Below, one piece after another: positions 1 to 13,680 of a stretch of 64,000 bases of DNA (position 1 is the first letter of the stretch; every line of letters starts with the position of its first letter). The translations under genes were made by a program, and so were the position numbers. This stretch comes from Blepharisma stoltei ATCC 30299 (lineage: Eukaryota; Protista; Ciliophora). Location of the stretch: the NCBI GenBank assembly GCA_965603825.1, contig CBFDEM010000051.1, forward strand, positions 620,001-684,000. Reading direction: 5' to 3'. The notes beneath the pieces were generated by a model. The model saw nothing but the letters and a program-made list of their open reading frames with translations. It was not told the DNA's origin and ran no database searches.

Positions 1-3000
1 GCATTGATAGCAAGAATAGAAATTGATAATGGAGATACTGGAACTTGATTACAGCCTTGAATTGATGGAGGAGCTAGGAAATATGAAATCTACATAGACT
101 CTGTATTCTGGGCTACAGCAACTTTATCAACGATTGGCTATAATGATACAACACCATCCACTCTTGCAGAAAAGTATGCATCATCCTTTATCATGGTTAT
201 TGGGGCTTCCATCTGTGCGTGGGTCTCTGGGAGCATTGTTTCAGCATTAATTACATTAAAGTTTAAAGAATATGAAACTCAAGAAAAGATAGAAAGAGTA
301 AAGAAGTGATGCAGACTAAGGCATTTGACACCAAAACTAAGCAAGAGAATTATTACCTACTACTCTTCTATAAGAAATCAATTTTCCTACATCATTGATG
401 TCGAATTTTTGAAGGAGCTGCCAAGTTCACTGAGAGGTGAGATATCGACTGCTCTTCATGAAGATATGATACCAAAGGTTTCTCTTTTTGAAAAGGCCGA
501 GCCAAGTTTTGTTCTTGAAATTCTCAAATACTTAAAGCCTAGTATCTTTATGAAGGGAGACTTTATCATAAGACAAGGAGACTACGGAGAAGAAATGTTC
601 TTTGTCAAAGTAGGAATTGTTGAGATTATTGCAGCTGATGCAGAAATGATTATAACCCTTTTGTATGAAGGCGATTATTTTGGAGAAATAGGAGCTTTGC
701 TTAATATTAGAAGAACAGTTTCTGTTCGCGCACAAACAGCAGCCATGATCTCTTCGATAGCTAAAGAAGACTTGGTTAGAATCCTGAAAGATTATCCGGA
801 TTACCATGACTTTTTAGTCAAAGTTGGCCAGCAAAGAATGGCCACAACTAAAATGGAAGATTTTAACTTTACTTTAGAAATTCCAAAAGAGGAAGACTCT
901 CCTGAAGATGAAAATGATGATGGTAATGAAAATGATAATATGAAATTAGAAGACAACCCACAAAAACCTGAGAATGCAGATATTGGGTGGCTAAGAACGT
1001 TTATATATAATGAAAAGCATGACCAAAAAAACCAAGAGCTCATAATAGATCCGTTCTCGGGTTTTTTTTATCTTTGGTCTTTTGTGCTAACTCTAGCTTT
1101 TGGCTTTTATCTATTTTATATCCCGTTTGCAATTGCTTTTGAATTTCCCCTGTATGGAGTATGGCTAGGTTTTGATATAGTTTCTTATATAATTTACATA
1201 ATAGATATGCCTATACATCTGAGAACTGCAATTTTCACACAGCTTGGGACATATACATGAGATCCATCAGTTCTACAAAAAAACTACTTAAACCGCTATT
1301 TGCTATGAGATGTTATTTCTGTGCTACCAATTGATTTTATATGTGAAGCAGCTGGCAGCTATCAATATGTTCCTGCCTTTTTTAGAATTCTAAGACTTTT
1401 CAAGTCTAAGAGAATTTATAGGCTCTATAAATACTTTTTCTATAACCCTCACTCAACATTATCATATGCACGTCTTTTAGCTCTCTTCGTATTCACTATT
1501 TATTTCAGCCATTTTATTGCTTGCATTTCCTTTTATTTAGGTAAACTGCAATACTGAATTGATCCAGATGCTCGTTTTAATCATCAAAATTTCATCAATT
1601 CATTCCCTCTTAATCACTATTACCCTCCTGGAACAATCATTTTAGATATCCCAATATATGATCAATATGTGAATTTATTATACTTCGGGTACTCAATAAG
1701 TACCTCTGGAGCGTATGGTGATATCCCTGTCCCAACAGTAGCTGAAAAAGCCCTCAATATTTTCTTTAATATCTCTTCTATGATACTAGCCGCATTTATT
1801 ATTGGAGAAGCAGCAAGCTTGGCTTCAAGCTACCATAAAAATCAAACTGAGTATTTAAAAAAATTGAGAGTGATAAAGGAATGGATGGCTCACTGTGATC
1901 TTTCTCAGGAATTGCAAAGGCGTATCTTAAATTACTACGATCTTCTTTGAAACAAACTACAGGGCTATGATGATGAAGAAATCATGCAGGATTTCCCAGA
2001 AACCCTGAGAACTGATATCAAATTCTTTTTATTTTCAGACCTCACCAAGTCTGGGTTTTTCCCAGAGGAGGAAAAAGGAGCTATGCTGTCTATAGTGAGA
2101 AAATATAGGCTCTCGATGGTTTGCGAAGGTGAAACAATTGTTTCAGAAGGCGAATTAGGGCTCGAGATGTATTTTATACTTGATGGAGAAGTAGAAGTCG
2201 TGTCTTCAGCAGGGATTGTTTTGAATTCTATTAAGAGTGGCTCTGTATTTGGCGAAATGGCTCTACTTCATGACTTTCCCTCAGTTAGAGTTGCAACAGT
2301 GAGAGCCAAAACTGATGTGACAATTGCTATCCTTTCTATCAACGACTTCAATTTCATTATGAGCGCTTATCCTGAGTTTTCAGTAAAAATTCGTAAAATT
2401 GCAACTGAAAGACAAATGATGAACATAACCACATTGCAAAAGGCAGGAATTGAAATCCAAGGACTCCCAATTCTGACTGTCAGAACGTTGATGACTGAAG
2501 GTTCGGATGACTACTTCAGCAAGGATGAGCCTTCTGACAGAGTGGAAACTAAAGATGAAAATTCTCCTGCAAATGAAATTGCTGTAAGCTATTTCAAAAT
2601 CAATCCAATTCTTGTAAAATTCCACAACTCTAATATGAGGCATTATCTTTATTTTGTCCTTAACCTTTACAATTTCATATTTGTCCCTCTTCAAATAGCA
2701 TTTGAATATGATTTTAATGCAGCCTTTTTGCTTTTTGAAGTGCTGTCAATTGTTTTGTATTTGGCTTACAGCCTCTATTATTGAAACTTGTATCAGATCC
2801 TTAGCTTTGCTCCTCACTCAATTATAAAATTAAAACTTAAAGGTTCAAAACCACGAAGGTGTTTATATAAATGCTTCCATAACTTTTTAATGGCTATACC
2901 ATTTGCATTAATTTTTTGGCTTGCTGATTTATATGAACCAAGAGAGCTTGTGGCTATTTTTTCAGTTATTAGAATTACTGGGTGCTATTATATAGCAGAA

Positions 3001-5730
3001 TTTTATGACATTATGAAAAAGCAATTCCCATCTATTTTTACATTATTAAGAGTATTAGAAGTCATTGTAATATATGTAATGGTTAACCACTTTAGTGGGG
3101 CTTTCTTTATTGAGTGCGCAAAGCGAGAAGGTACTATGCATTCTTGGCTTTCAAGAGTTCCCTCTCCTCAACCCAACGAATTCAGAACCAGCTCCTCTGG
3201 GCCTTTAACGCATCAGACTGTTTATATCCATGCATTTCATTGGTCTTCAATAGTAGTTTCTCATGCAGGATATGGATGGGTTGTAAGCAACTCTCCATCC
3301 GAAAAAGCTTATAACTGCTTTATTTTCCTTATAGGGCTATTTGCTTTTTCTATATTATTTGGAAGCATCACATCGCTAGTCACAGAAATGGCTTCTAATC
3401 TACAATTTAAATTCCTCAAAAGCTATATCTTTGTGAAGGATTTTATCGCCAAGAAATTCCTTGATGATAATTTTTCTGGTGAAGTTGACGAATACTTTAA
3501 TTATCTGGATAAATGCAACAAAGGGATAAATGATAATGAAATATTAAAGGAACTGCCTGCTGGCTTAATGGTAGAAATAAAAATGAGCAGATATTCTGAT
3601 ACAATTGAGCAGTCTCAGATTTTTAAAAAGAATGGAGTAGTTGATGAAGAGCTTGCAAAGTCGATTTTCAGGCTACTTGAAATAGAAATTTATTTGGTCG
3701 GAGATCCTATAATCCATGCAGGAGAGAAAAGCCATGACTTGTTTATCATTTTAGATGGAGAAGTGGATCTCGTTAATTTTTGTGGAAAAAGAATTGTAAT
3801 GAATCTTACAAAAGGGAATCATTTTGGGGAAATTTCAGTTTTTATTGATTCAATAAGAGCAAGACCTTTTAATGCAATCGCAACTAGTGTGTGCCAAATT
3901 GGACTACTGAAAGCTGAACATATCGAGTTATTGAGGGATGCATTCCCTGAATGACACCAAGAAATGCTTGTTATGGCTCAAAACCGGCTAGCACAAATTT
4001 TTTCAGCTGAAAGTGTAGACTATGCAATTGCTGAGTTTGAAAGAGTTTACCAAAAATTCCAAAAAGACCCGAATGCTTCAATAAAATACTACAATCGAAC
4101 TGAAAAGCTCATGGAATCAAAAATTCAAATAATTCTGTCCAAAAAATCTAGTCACATCTGAAGGAACATTGCTATTATCCATATGATTTTTCTCACTTAT
4201 ACTTCAATAGAACTGCCTTTAGAAATTGGATTTGAAATGCCATATAACGGTTTTCTCCTATCTATGGAAATTTTATGCTTAATTTTTTCACTTGCGTTTT
4301 TTTTAGTTAACTTGAAATACTCATTTATATTTAGGGATAAATGAAACCATGAAAATGATGAGTGGGCAAATAAAGATTCTTATTGGTGCTTTTGTCTTGA
4401 TATAATTTCACTTTTGCCATTTGATGCAATTCTTGCTTCTTTAGGTGTTAACAGTCCTTATTATTTTATATCATTCCTAAGATCAGTCAGAATAATAGCA
4501 GTTTTCAGGCTATTTTCTTTGTTTGATAGATTAGGGAGACACATGAAAGATATTTCGACTGAGTTAAATGTGCTAGAGGCTTCTGTCACTGTTTTAATTT
4601 CTATACATTGGATGAGCTGCTTAATGTGATATTACAGTCTTCATGAAGTTCATTACTCATGAATAAATCTGAATAATTTGGAAGATACAGGAGTAGGAAA
4701 TGAGTACAGCTGAGGGTTATTTTACATACTTAACATTATTACTTGTACTGGATATGGCTTTATGCATGAAGCGAATGATTCTGAAAGAGTGTGAGCAATG
4801 TTTTGAATTTTCTTAGGAGATATAATGAATGCAATCGTTTTTGGACTTATGGCAACTGCAGCGGCAACTTCAAAATCTGAATTGATATACTATATAGAAA
4901 AACTTAATTCACCATTTTGCATGAGCCAAGGATCAGAAAAAATAAAAAAATTAATTAAGGATCTTGAAGAATATCACTCATTTTCAACCTCTCTAAGGCT
5001 GGTTTATGGTCCAATTGATTATAATCAACTCTTTCTCCATATTCCACAAAATTTGTCTAAATCTATCATTTTCGAATGCACAAAGCTGATGCTTGAAAAA
5101 GTTCCCTGCTTCCAATTCTCAGATTCCCATAAAATTTTTGAAAAAATCGCTATATATCTCAAGCCAAAGCTGTTTCTTCCAAAAGACTATATTATTTACA
5201 AAGATGAAGACTGTGAGGAAATGTATTTTGTTATAGAAGGATCAGTTGTACTAATTTCTTCAGATAACAAAGCAATGTTTAAGACACTTAGAAAAGGATC
5301 ATTTATTGGTGACATTGAATTACTAACAGAGGATAAGCCCAGCTTTTCCGTCATCGCCAAAAGCATGTGCTACACTTATTCTCTCCATAGGAACGACTTA
5401 ATGAAATTTGCCGAAAAGTACCCAGATATTTATGAGCAAATTTTGAAAAGAACTGTAAAAAATAATGGCTTGCCTTTGAATTTTCTCAATCAAGAAAGCA
5501 TGGACGAATTTGAGTCAGCTAAATTGTATAATAATGATTTAGGCAATGTTCTAGACATTTATACCACCATTAATATTCCTCAATTTAATAGAAATCATAA
5601 AAGCAGAAGGATACCAATAAACGAGAAAAAGAAGAGAAGAATGAGGAGGTCAATGACGCAAATCGGATCTCAAGTTTTTCAACACAATCCAAGTCTTATC
5701 AAATTAGATGAAAGGCAAATGAGTAGATAA
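1..5730 (+). CDS. Multi-repeat (at least 4 pore + CNBD modules) cyclic-nucleotide-binding K+-type channel, CNGK-like; 5' end lies outside the window
   Basis: All eight frame +1 ORF pieces join into one >1900-aa frame if TGA=Trp, ending TAA at 5728-5730. Four pore loops: TIGYND 130-147, TSGAYGD 1702-1722, SHAGYGW 3259-3279, TCTGYGF 4741-4761. Each is followed by a C-linker and CNBD (YFGEIGAL..RTVSVRA; VFGEMALL..RVATVRA; HFGEISVF..RPFNAIA; FIGDIELL). Confidence 0.9.
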
Positions 5731-5871
5731 ATTTCTAACAAGGAAACTATTTCCGATGTAGTGATTATTAGTATGAATAAATAATTCATTATTTGTAATT
5801 TAACTACCAAAATTGATAAGTAAAAGCTTTGAAAAATAGTTTATTGTATTTATTTCTATATTTTTCCAACT

Positions 5872-7908
5872 TTAAGCTGGGCTATTCATATACCCAAAAA
5901 AGTTGATGTCAGTTCCAGGATTGCTAAAGACTGAAGACTTTTGCTGTTTTTGATGGTTTATGGCTAACCTTTCAAATTCTGGAAGCTGCTCTATATGACT
6001 GGAAAATGTTTTAGACTGTCTCATTTTTTTTACACGTTTGCTACTTTTAAGAATCTCTTCAGTGCTCGAATCCTTGTCTGGGATCTGCTCACTTGACTCT
6101 GAAGAGGAGCTATCGCTCTCTGATTCAAATTTATTGTACTTACATTTATTGCTGCTGGCTGGGAATCATTCATAGAAATACTTGGAGTGAGAAATAGACT
6201 TTTGAGTTAAATCAAGAACATTGCAGACAGCTTCTTTTTCTGTTATGGTAAATGGAAGAAATATACTTATTTTGCCTTCTTTTGTGATGGAATTCATTCT
6301 ACAATCTGTGTAGCCTCTCATTGAGCAAATCATTGAATCAAACATAAAAAGTCCGCACCCATATTTTTTATAGATTTTTACGAAATCATTAAAGAACTTT
6401 CGCTTTGATCCTTGCATTTTAACTTGGAAAATTTCATCAAGCATTTCTTGAGTTATTGCTTTAGAGACAAAATCAAAGTTATATTGAATTAAAAACTCAT
6501 AGTCTTTCATATTACTAATCTGAGAAGAAATATTCAGTTCAGAACCAAGCTCACATTTATCAATTAAAAACGCCAAAAGCGAATTCAAAATATAGTTGTG
6601 AAATGTTTTGTCTCCATATAAACTCTCTGGAAGATCTGCTGATCCTTTTAATGATACTGTAATGCGCTTCTTTTCAGCCAAATTAAATAGTATCTCAATA
6701 ACATTATGCAGCTCTACAAAAATATTTAAAATTTCATTTTTGATATCAATCCGGCTTAGAAGAAGTGACTGATAAAGCAAGCTACTTCTAAGCTCATTTT
6801 GTAGCTTGCTGATTTTTACAATTAAGTTTTCCCAGACGAAGTGGCCAGATTCATAGGTTTCCAATGTTTCATTGAAAAACTTGTCAAGATAAAGCTGAAT
6901 GTATTTATAACTATTAGAAATGAAGATTCTGTTTGCAACAGCTGCAGAAATGTCAATAAAAGAAATCCTCATGGTAGCTTCATTGTTCCAGCCAACAAGA
7001 TCGGCCTTCACAATAAAACCTAAATTTTCGATATCCTCTGGCTTGAAGTCTGAGATTTGGTTGGTTATCAGATACTCTTCAGTTCTTTTTTCTCCTTTAA
7101 AAATGCTTTGTACGATTCCCTTTGCCCACGGTCGATGGTCATCGTCGAAAGCATCATAAAATTTGGTATTCAAAAGTGAATCCTCTGTTTTGCCCATTGT
7201 TTGAGCAAGTCACAAAGCACGCTGATTGTGAGACATAATATTTCCGTCTCTGTCTACAAGAAACAATGCACTATGTGCAGTATTAAATACATAATTTAAT
7301 TCCGTGAATTGATTTTTGCTGCTTGAATATTTATTTCATAAGCCTCTTAAATTAATTTCAACGGTAGTAACCATTCCTGTTCAAGCAATAATTGCAAAAA
7401 TTACATAACACACCTTAGTATTAGTAAAGTAAATCACCATTGCGCCTTCTAAAATACCATATAAAAGAGAGTACTTTCATTTTTTAAAACACATAGCAGT
7501 TAACATATAACAAGGGATAAAGCCTCCCATTATCTCAGCTATAGAACATGACTCTTTGAATGCAATTTGAAACTGAATAGAAAAGAATTCTGCAATAAAG
7601 CGTCTGAGATGAATATTTGAGCTGTTCCACATAAATAAGGGCAAGAGTGATAAAAATGAAGCAGCACTTATTATTCCAGATAAAGAATACAAAAATCCAC
7701 AAAAAATTACAGAAAACAGTGCTCACAGAGTAAGGTTTTTGTCTGAGGAAATTATCGGATTTCTGAGCTCTTCTTGAAAAAGCTTTTCCATCGCTGGATT
7801 TGTGAAATCTAAAGAGAGGCTTTTGGTGAAGATTCAGTTTTTAAGTTTGAAATCAGACGCAAGTGCAATATCATGCCATAGGACTTCCAATAAACCCCAT
7901 AATAACAT
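5872..7908 (-). CDS. Membrane protein with PAS-like domain and degenerate histidine-kinase (HisKA/HATPase) module
   Basis: ORFs 7834-8085, 7477-7692 and 6166-7197 share a frame and join via TGA=Trp. Probable ATG at 7908 (uncertain), TAA at 5872. Several hydrophobic helices, PAS-like 'ALFLVDRDGNIMSHN', H-box-like QNELRSSL, 'LPESLYGD..ILNSLL', G2-like 'GCGLFMFDSMICSMRG'. Confidence 0.7.
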
Positions 7909-8583
7909 TTTCAATAAAAAATAATATAATCGGCTAATATTTGAATAAAAACAAGAAAGTGGAACGCTTATATTGGCTGGGGTGAATTCATAGCTTGAAT
8001 TGTATTTATTTAAGTTATGCATTTTAAATTGGGCCTTAAGACAACAGGGATTTTGAATTTCCTGGTGAAATATAAATATGAGCACAGTGCTTAAGATAGT
8101 TTAGTGCATCAATAGACTTATTAGGCCATAAGGACTGAAATCGGTAGTTAGAAACAAATTTAATTTAGAAACATAATAAAATATGTTTATAAAATTAAGA
8201 CAATTAATATTCTTAAAAATAAGAAAAAGCCCTTGTCCAGTTTAATAATAAATGGCTTCTATATAATTATACCTATTCATATAGTAGAAGCATAAGCTCT
8301 CCCTATAATTTCTGGAATTCGTATATTGGTTAGAGATCTCCAGAAATCAGCTAGAAATCTGTAAGCAATCTATGTCATGCAAAATTTAATAAGATAAAAA
8401 ATAAATTGAAATTATTTACTTAAAATGGAAGCAACTCACGCTATAAACTGAACTATTTTTATCGTTGATATCTTTGGCTTTCTAGTAAATTTAATTTATA
8501 AATTTGGACTCATATTTTTCAGATATGAAATAGTAGTAAATAATTACCTTAATAACTATTTTAATTAATTGGTTATCAGATAA

Positions 8584-9477
8584 TTAAGTGAAATCAAGAT
8601 CCTTTTCTTCATCCACAACGACTTGTCCTCCAACTGGTACTTTAATGTTTCTAATCCCTCTTGTGAGCTAAATAAACCATACCTGTACTTCAACATTATT
8701 CCAAACAGCTTTTCTCGCTGCCTTATCATAGTCTTCTTGATTTCCTGCCTCATAAGCATCCAAGAGCTCTGTGATAGCCTGGTATTCCATTGACATAATA
8801 AACGGCTGCACCGCTGAGCACATTTCTCTGAATTTCCCTTCACATAAACTAGGGTTGTTTAGAAGTGTTAAAGCCACTATACAAAATGCAGCTTTATTCA
8901 TATAATGATCCCTGTTCAAGTTCTGGGCAAATTTAAGCTCTTTCTCATACACAATCATAGCATCCGCATATTTCCTGTTTTCTATAAGAAGCCCAACATA
9001 GGGTGTGATCACATCTCGGGCGAACATTTGCAATTGATCGTCATTAACTAGATTTAGAGCCAGGGCAAACATCCTACAAGCCAACTCAATTAGTCCTTTA
9101 TTAAGAGCTTCTGTTCCCATAAAGATGTACATCCTGAGAGATTTCTCACTGTTTCCATTGATTCTGAATAGCTCAGCTGCTTTTTCGGTGTTTTCTACAG
9201 CTTCTTTGACATGGTCATTTCTCAGCTGCAAAATTGAGAGACTTTCATATACTCTTCCAGCTGCCCACATGCTAATTAGAGCTTACTCATTCATTTTCTC
9301 GTTCGCTTGAGCAAGTTTTTCATATGCTTGAACTGCTCCGAAGTAATTTCTCATGGTTTCATAAGCCTTTGCTGCGTTTTCAAAGTGGATTGCTGCTTGA
9401 GGGAGATCGGACTTTCATTTAAAAACTCCTGTCGACATAGCCTTTTGGCCCTTCTTGAATTCCTTTTCAGGATCCAT
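8584..9477 (-). CDS. Gamma-SNAP (soluble NSF attachment protein gamma)-like, two 15-nt introns
   Basis: MDPEKEFKKGQKAMSTGVFK(W=TGA)KSDLPQAAIHFENAAKAY matches the gamma-SNAP FKWKPD N-terminus; TPR-like helices. Introns 9272-9286 and 8668-8682 restore a 287-aa frame ending EEKDLDFT-TAA. Confidence 0.8.
8668..8682 (-). other. 15-nt spliceosomal intron (gtatggtttatttag)
   Basis: GT..TAG with A at position 10. Removal extends the SNAP frame to an acidic C-terminus. Confidence 0.8.
9272..9286 (-). other. 15-nt spliceosomal intron (gtaagctctaattag)
   Basis: GT..TAG with A at position 10. Removal eliminates an in-frame TAA and joins the SNAP exons. Confidence 0.85.
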
Positions 9478-9575
9478 ATTAATAATTTGAGAAATGATAG
9501 CATAAATAAGTTAGGCACGATTTATAAGACATAGACATGAAAATTATGGGTATTTTAGAGAAAATCCAATACAAA

Positions 9576-11285
9576 TTAGGTCTGTTTAAGAGGTGGAAGG
9601 TCTAAAGAGTGATATTTGCTTGGACTCACTGTTGCAGCTGAAGTTCTCCTGATTTTTGATATACGGACTGTGGGAGGAGGACTGTACATGTCAAAAGTAG
9701 TTTGGTTCATATCAACCCGGACTTGGGTTTCTGCAAATTTTGATGTGAGGGAAATTGAGTTTCTAGGACTCCCTCCTTCTCCGCTTATCCAATTAACAAG
9801 AGAAGTGATGTACCGATATAAATCAAACCTCTGCTTTCTGATCACAGTGGGTGGCTCTCCACTCTTTAATAGTGTCCTACACATAGAATGCATAAGCACA
9901 GAGCTCATTTCTAGCTGCCTTTTAAGCCTGTCTGAGAAAATTTCAAGATTAATCAAGTCGTTTTTTCTCCCCATTTCTTCTAATATTGCTTCAATTTCAG
10001 ATTTTTCTGCTTTCTTGTCAATTTGTTCTTGAATTGCTTGAAGGGTGTAAGATATCTGGCTAACATCATGGTTATCTCGTTTTAATATTTCAAATTTGTA
10101 GGCAAGATGATTGATTTGTTCTTTGGATTCATCAGTTTTTTTAGCTATTTGCTGAAGCATGATTCGAGTTTCAGCTGATTCCTCTTTGTGCTTTTCTAAT
10201 AAGCTATGGAAATCTGTTTTACTTGCAGCTAGCTCAATGATAGATTTAAGTTCTCTTATATCATCTTTAGATGATTTTTCAAGGAGGATTTCATCGAATC
10301 TTTCTAAAATATTTTCAGTTTCATTGAGTCTTTTATTATATTTTTCAATCGTATCTTTAAATCCTGCTATAATTGGCCCAACTTCATCCTGCATATATTT
10401 CAGCTCTTCTATTGATGCTTTTCCTTCAAGATCTTTTATAATAGCTTGCAATTCGTCTTTTCAAGGTTTCGAGCCAATTTGATCTTTAAAAGATCTATGA
10501 AGTTCCCTAATCTTTGCTTCCATGTGTGCTGATGATTCCGCAAGACCTTTAATTCTGTCATCGCTTTTTGATAGAAATCTATTCACTTCTGCGCTTATTG
10601 TTTCCAATGAATCTTTAGTGCAGTAAAGGTCATTCATGCTACTAATAATATCATTTTTTGACTCTAAAATTAGTTTTTCAGTTTTTTCTTTGTTAATATA
10701 TTTTTTAAATTTTGTTTTGACTCTTTCTTGTTCTCTTTTTAAACTATCAACATCTGTAATTTGTGCACACTCACTGACTTTTTGTTTTAATTCACGATAT
10801 TTAGCCATTGTTGCGTATTTATTTAAAGACGATTTCAACTCTCCAAGCTGCTGAGATGTAGCCATGTCTTTGATGATTTCTGACTGTGTTCTGTCTAAAA
10901 TCGTAAATTCAGATTTTAGCTCAGCACACCTGTTAGTTGCAAACCTAAGATCCTCTTCGATCTTGGCTGATCGACTAAGCAGGCGATCAATTTCTTCTTT
11001 TGATAAATTAATTTCAGTTTCTTGGTCATGAATTTGAGTTTTCAAGGCTTTTATATCGTCAGATGATTCAATGCAAAGGCTGTACAGCTCACGCGATATT
11101 TCTGGCTTTAATTCTAAAATAAGCAAGTTTAAGATTGAAAAGTTTGTTTCAGTTGGGATTTTTCTCTTTCTTCGTATGTCATCAATTTCAATATTTAACT
11201 GAAAGGAATGGCGGATTGAATTTCTCAATTGCTCAAATTCTTGTGAAAGAGTAGAAATTTGTATTTGGATTTGTTCGTTATCCAT
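9576..11285 (-). CDS. Coiled-coil protein, unknown function (~569 aa)
   Basis: ORFs 10461-11294 and 9576-10451 are in frame, separated only by a TGA; heptad-rich E/K/L composition. Confidence 0.8.
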
Positions 11286-11570
11286 ACTTATCAATTTAGT
11301 ATTTTAGACAACTTATTGATAAAGAAAATTGATATAATTCTATTTTATCACCTAAAATTTGGTTAATTATATTTATAAATTGCAATGCCTGTAAAATAGG
11401 CTTCAGAATTTAAAAATGATAAGCAAATATTCATTTATCTGAAATTTTTATATTCTTTGCGCTTTTTAATTGTTTGATTATTTAATCACTCCAAATATAG
11501 CGTGGTTGGATCAAAAATGTTTTTATATTTTTGCGTTATTTTAAGTCAATAAAATCTTGAAAATTAGCAT

Positions 11571-12422
11571 ATGAAAAGAGATGATGATATATTCAGGCAG
11601 ACAAAGTAAATTTTAAATAGGCGAACAAGTTTGCCGCTTTATACAGCCACCTCATTTTTCGAAAGGCAGCAATCAACCTCCCCAGACAGCGCCCAGCGGG
11701 AACTTTTGAACCGATCTATTGACTACGGCTTAAACACTACCTCATATGGAATAAGAGGAAAATCAATCCGTCACAAGCGGGGTTTCTCTGAAACCAAAGA
11801 GCAGCTTGAAGTAATTCAGCAGACTCTAAGATCTCCTTACGATAAAATTTCCCTCGAAAACAGAAGCATGAGGCTAGACTCTATGAGAAATGAAAGCACT
11901 TTATCAACAATTCAGTGTGATCAATTAGGAAATCCCAAAAATTCATTAGCAGGCGAAATCGAAGAACTCTACGAAGCCCTTTCAAAGGCAAACGAATCTA
12001 TAAATTTGATATACACGCATTATCTATCACTTGAAAATATCAACGATGAGCTCAGAAAAGAAATAGAGGAACTTACAAGCAGCAACTCTTCAGCGAAAGA
12101 TAATGAAGTAAAAGCTGTAATGTTAATGCAGTTACAAGAAAATTTAAACACGAATGTGGAAAGTTTGAAGACAAATTATAGAGAAAAGAAAAATATTGAA
12201 AACGCAATAGATAAAGAAGAAGGGATTGTGAGAAAGCTGCAGGCAGAGTGTGATGCGTTGGATGCGAAAAGAAGAGTACTGCAGGGACCTCATGAGGAGC
12301 TGCTTACACCTGCTTCACTTAATCAGCAGCTTGGTATGTTAGCACAAAAGCAAGCTGCAATTGATAAAAAAAATGAAAAGTACGAAAAATACATTCAATC
12401 GAAAACGAAGGGTAAAAACTAA
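11571..12422 (+). CDS. Coiled-coil protein, unknown function; one 15-nt intron (11606-11620)
   Basis: The track ORF starts at TTG. An ATG at 11571 plus intron gtaaattttaaatag joins in frame (MKRDDDIFRQTK|RTSLPLY). Confidence 0.75.
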
Positions 12423-12641
12423 TTTTGAAATAATTTAAACGTTGTATGACTTAGATATACTTGAAATTTAAAGAATCTGCAATTGATATTTATCTATTTT
12501 ATATATCTTTCTTTATAATATTTAAGTATGATTAAATGTATGAGAGCTATTCATAATTCGATATAAGTGATACTATATTTATTTAGCTGGGCAAAGATTA
12601 GTGCTATTTGAGTCTAATTAAAATATAATTTGAGAAATAGA

Positions 12642-13421
12642 CTAGTTAGATTTAGAAAACTGCCATATAAATGCTCTTGCTCCAGAGCTAGATAATAAGC
12701 TTTTCAGAGGTAGTTCAGAGTCCGACACTTTAGTGACAAAATCAGATTCGCTAATGCTATCTCCATCCATTAGCACTGCTTTTACTTTTTGAAGAGCTTT
12801 TTCTTTCCCTTTATTCAATAATTCAATATACCCCTCAATTTCTTCTTTTGTGCAATATTCATCTCCTTCTCCAATTGCAATTATCGGAAGAATATTCGCA
12901 CACAAATCAGCGATTTCATTGAACATCAGCTCAACTTTTGCAGCATCTAAGCTTTCTGAGTTTTCTGGATCGTATAATTTAAACAGCGAGCTAACTTTTC
13001 CTTTTGTTGCGCCTTTTCCTATTAATATCCCTAATAAAGAAAGTTTTCTCACTTCATATAGTTTCTTTTCATTTTTTACCTTTGAGAGAATTTTATAAAA
13101 TGATGCGTCTGGGGAAGTTAAGGCTTCATCTGTTAGTTCAAGAGTCATAAATGCACGCTTCAGCTGAGGTTTACTTAATAGCCCTTCCATTCCTTCAGCT
13201 GCAAGAGCGCTTATAATATCTCTGCTTTTCAGTTGAACAAATTCTAACTTTTCTTCATAATTGACAATAAATTGTTCTTCTTTTGGTGGACTTTCTATTA
13301 TATTTTCCTTTTCTTTTTGAACTTCTTTCTTCTCTTCTGTTGCGTTATCTTCAACATTCGTCTTTTTCATCTGAGTGCTATCAGATTTTGGCTTCTTGGA
13401 CGTTCCGCAGCAAGCTCCCAT
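12642..13421 (-). CDS. Putatively N-acylated protein with degenerate EF-hand
   Basis: MGACCG N-terminus (myristoylation/palmitoylation consensus); 'LFKLYDPENSESLDAAKVELM' EF-hand-like loop. Confidence 0.65.
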   Translation of the reverse strand: MGACCGTSKKPKSDSTQMKKTNVEDNATEEKKEVQKEKENIIESPPKEEQFIVNYEEKLEFVQLKSRDIISALAAEGMEGLLSKPQLKRAFMTLELTDEALTSPDASFYKILSKVKNEKKLYEVRKLSLLGILIGKGATKGKVSSLFKLYDPENSESLDAAKVELMFNEIADLCANILPIIAIGEGDEYCTKEEIEGYIELLNKGKEKALQKVKAVLMDGDSISESDFVTKVSDSELPLKSLLSSSGARAFIWQFSKSN

Positions 13422-13680
13422 TTTGAAATAAATGTTGTTAAAACAGTTAGTAAAGATTAATCTTTTAGATCTGCTTTTAAAATTTATTTTTTATTTTTTC
13501 TATAAGCAATTGAAAATGTTGGTTTGAATTTATTTAAATTTATTTGAAATGATTACATTTATAAATCAGCCTGTAGCAAGATTATTAATTTAATAAAAAT
13601 AAAGCAGTGGTTATACTGATAGTTAAATGAGAATATTATAGAATTAAATTAAGAAATGTGGGCTAATCAATCTATTTCAT

